A DNA stretch of 64,000 bases. It comes from an uncultured beta proteobacterium (lineage in GTDB: Bacteria > Pseudomonadota > Gammaproteobacteria > Burkholderiales > Burkholderiaceae_B). This document shows, one piece after another, positions 62,955-64,000 of this stretch; position 1 is the first letter of the stretch; each line of letters starts with the position of its first letter. The stretch lies in NCBI GenBank assembly GCA_963712655.1, contig CAVQIT010000002.1, positions 123,934-187,933 of the forward strand, written 5' to 3'. The position numbers were made by a program, and so were the translations under genes. The notes under the pieces were generated by a model. The model did not search any database and had not been told where the DNA came from. It saw only the letters and a list, made by a program, of their open reading frames with translations.

Positions 62955-63334
62955 CAGCGAAGTCCGGCCCGCACTGTCCTAGCCTGATTTGCCTCTGCCG
63001 CGGCAACGCGGTAAAGTAATGTGTTGATCTGCCCAATTATCCGGGGCGAATCACGAAAGGCTTTATTTTTCCGGGCTATCCGCCCGGTTTTTGCGCCCGT
63101 AATACTTTGCTGTTGGCCGCGCCACAAGCGTGTGTTGCCAAAGCTTCCGTTCTACCTCCCGCGTTCGAATGAACGCTCGTGCTGTGTTTCGACGAGCGCA
63201 AGTCGGTTCGGCAAGGTGTCTGGGTGGCATGGCTCCGTGAGCCATAAAGCGCCAGGTCATGTTGTTGCAGCCGGTCAAGCTCGGGCCCACGTGGCCAGTC
63301 GGAAGATCAGCGCCGGTTACGAAAGGAATACATA

Positions 63335-64000
63335 ATGGAACTCAATGGCGCCGATATCGTCGTGCGTTGCCTTGCCGAAGAGGGTGTCGACCACGTGTTT
63401 GGTTATCCCGGCGGCGCGGTACTCTACATCTACGACGCAATCTACAAGCAAGACAATTTTCAGCACATACTGGTGCGTCACGAGCAAGCTGCCGTGCACG
63501 CCGCCGATGCCTATTCACGCTCGTCCAATAAAATCGGCGTTGCCCTGGTTACCAGCGGGCCGGGCCTGACCAATGCCGTCACCGGCATTGCAACGGCGTA
63601 TATGGACTCGATTCCCATGGTGATCATCAGCGGCCAGGTGCCCAGCCATGCGATAGGCGAAGATGCTTTCCAGGAATGCGACGCGGTGGGTATCACCCGT
63701 CCATGCGTCAAGCACAACTTCCTGGTGCGCGATGTCAAGGATCTGGCCGAAACCATGCGCCGGGCCTTTTTCATCGCCAAAACCGGCCGTCCCGGGCCGG
63801 TCCTGGTCGATATCCCGAAAGACATCACTGTCGCCACCTGCCGGTACACGGCTCCGCGCAGCGAAGTGAAAATGCGTTCCTATGCGCCGGTGGTCAAGGG
63901 GCATCAGGGCCAAATCAAGAAAGCCGTGCAAATGCTGCTGTCGGCGGAACGGCCAATGATTTATTCGGGCGGCGGCGTGGTGCTGTCCAATGCCTCGGAC
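63335..64000 (+). CDS. ilvI: Acetolactate synthase large subunit, runs off window edge
   Basis: Hand translation [30 protein letters not shown]...[14 protein letters not shown]...TSGPG.TNAVTG; AAGGA RBS. Confidence 0.95.
   Translation, partial: MELNGADIVVRCLAEEGVDHVFGYPGGAVLYIYDAIYKQDNFQHILVRHEQAAVHAADAYSRSSNKIGVALVTSGPGLTNAVTGIATAYMDSIPMVIISGQVPSHAIGEDAFQECDAVGITRPCVKHNFLVRDVKDLAETMRRAFFIAKTGRPGPVLVDIPKDITVATCRYTAPRSEVKMRSYAPVVKGHQGQIKKAVQMLLSAERPMIYSGGGVVLSNASD

Overview
GC-rich betaproteobacterial chromosome segment, probably Alcaligenaceae (inferred from Bug/TctC proteins and the trxB-ftsK-lolA-rarA-serS order). Layout: (1) core genes at 1-8.1 kb (SMR efflux, Smr endonuclease, trxB, ftsK, lolA, rarA, serS), where ftsK and lolA carry single-base indels that look like sequencing errors; (2) a ~25 kb Wzx/Wzy-dependent capsule/EPS locus (8.6-33.4 kb) with its own RfaH/NusG paralog and an ops-like site, wza-wzc without wzb, a GT2-phosphoglycosyltransferase fusion and many N-tailoring enzymes; (3) a LysR-linked catabolic operon with two tandem hydroxycinnamoyl-CoA hydratase/lyase-like genes, ending at a probable autotransporter remnant and tRNA-Ser(CGA); (4) bdhA, yaaA and a FUSC gene; (5) a CysB/Cbl-like regulator divergent from a ComA-like/Bug/MmgE-PrpD/SDR operon, the best candidate for an undescribed organosulfur pathway; (6) a levulinate-type lvaD-C-A-B-E cluster with a LIV-type ABC transporter, TetR and twin operators; (7) the start of ilvI. 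Three copies of a modular MITE-like element and two REP-like palindromes are present. No integrase, transposase, CRISPR array or rRNA was seen. All homology calls come from recalled motifs, not database searches.
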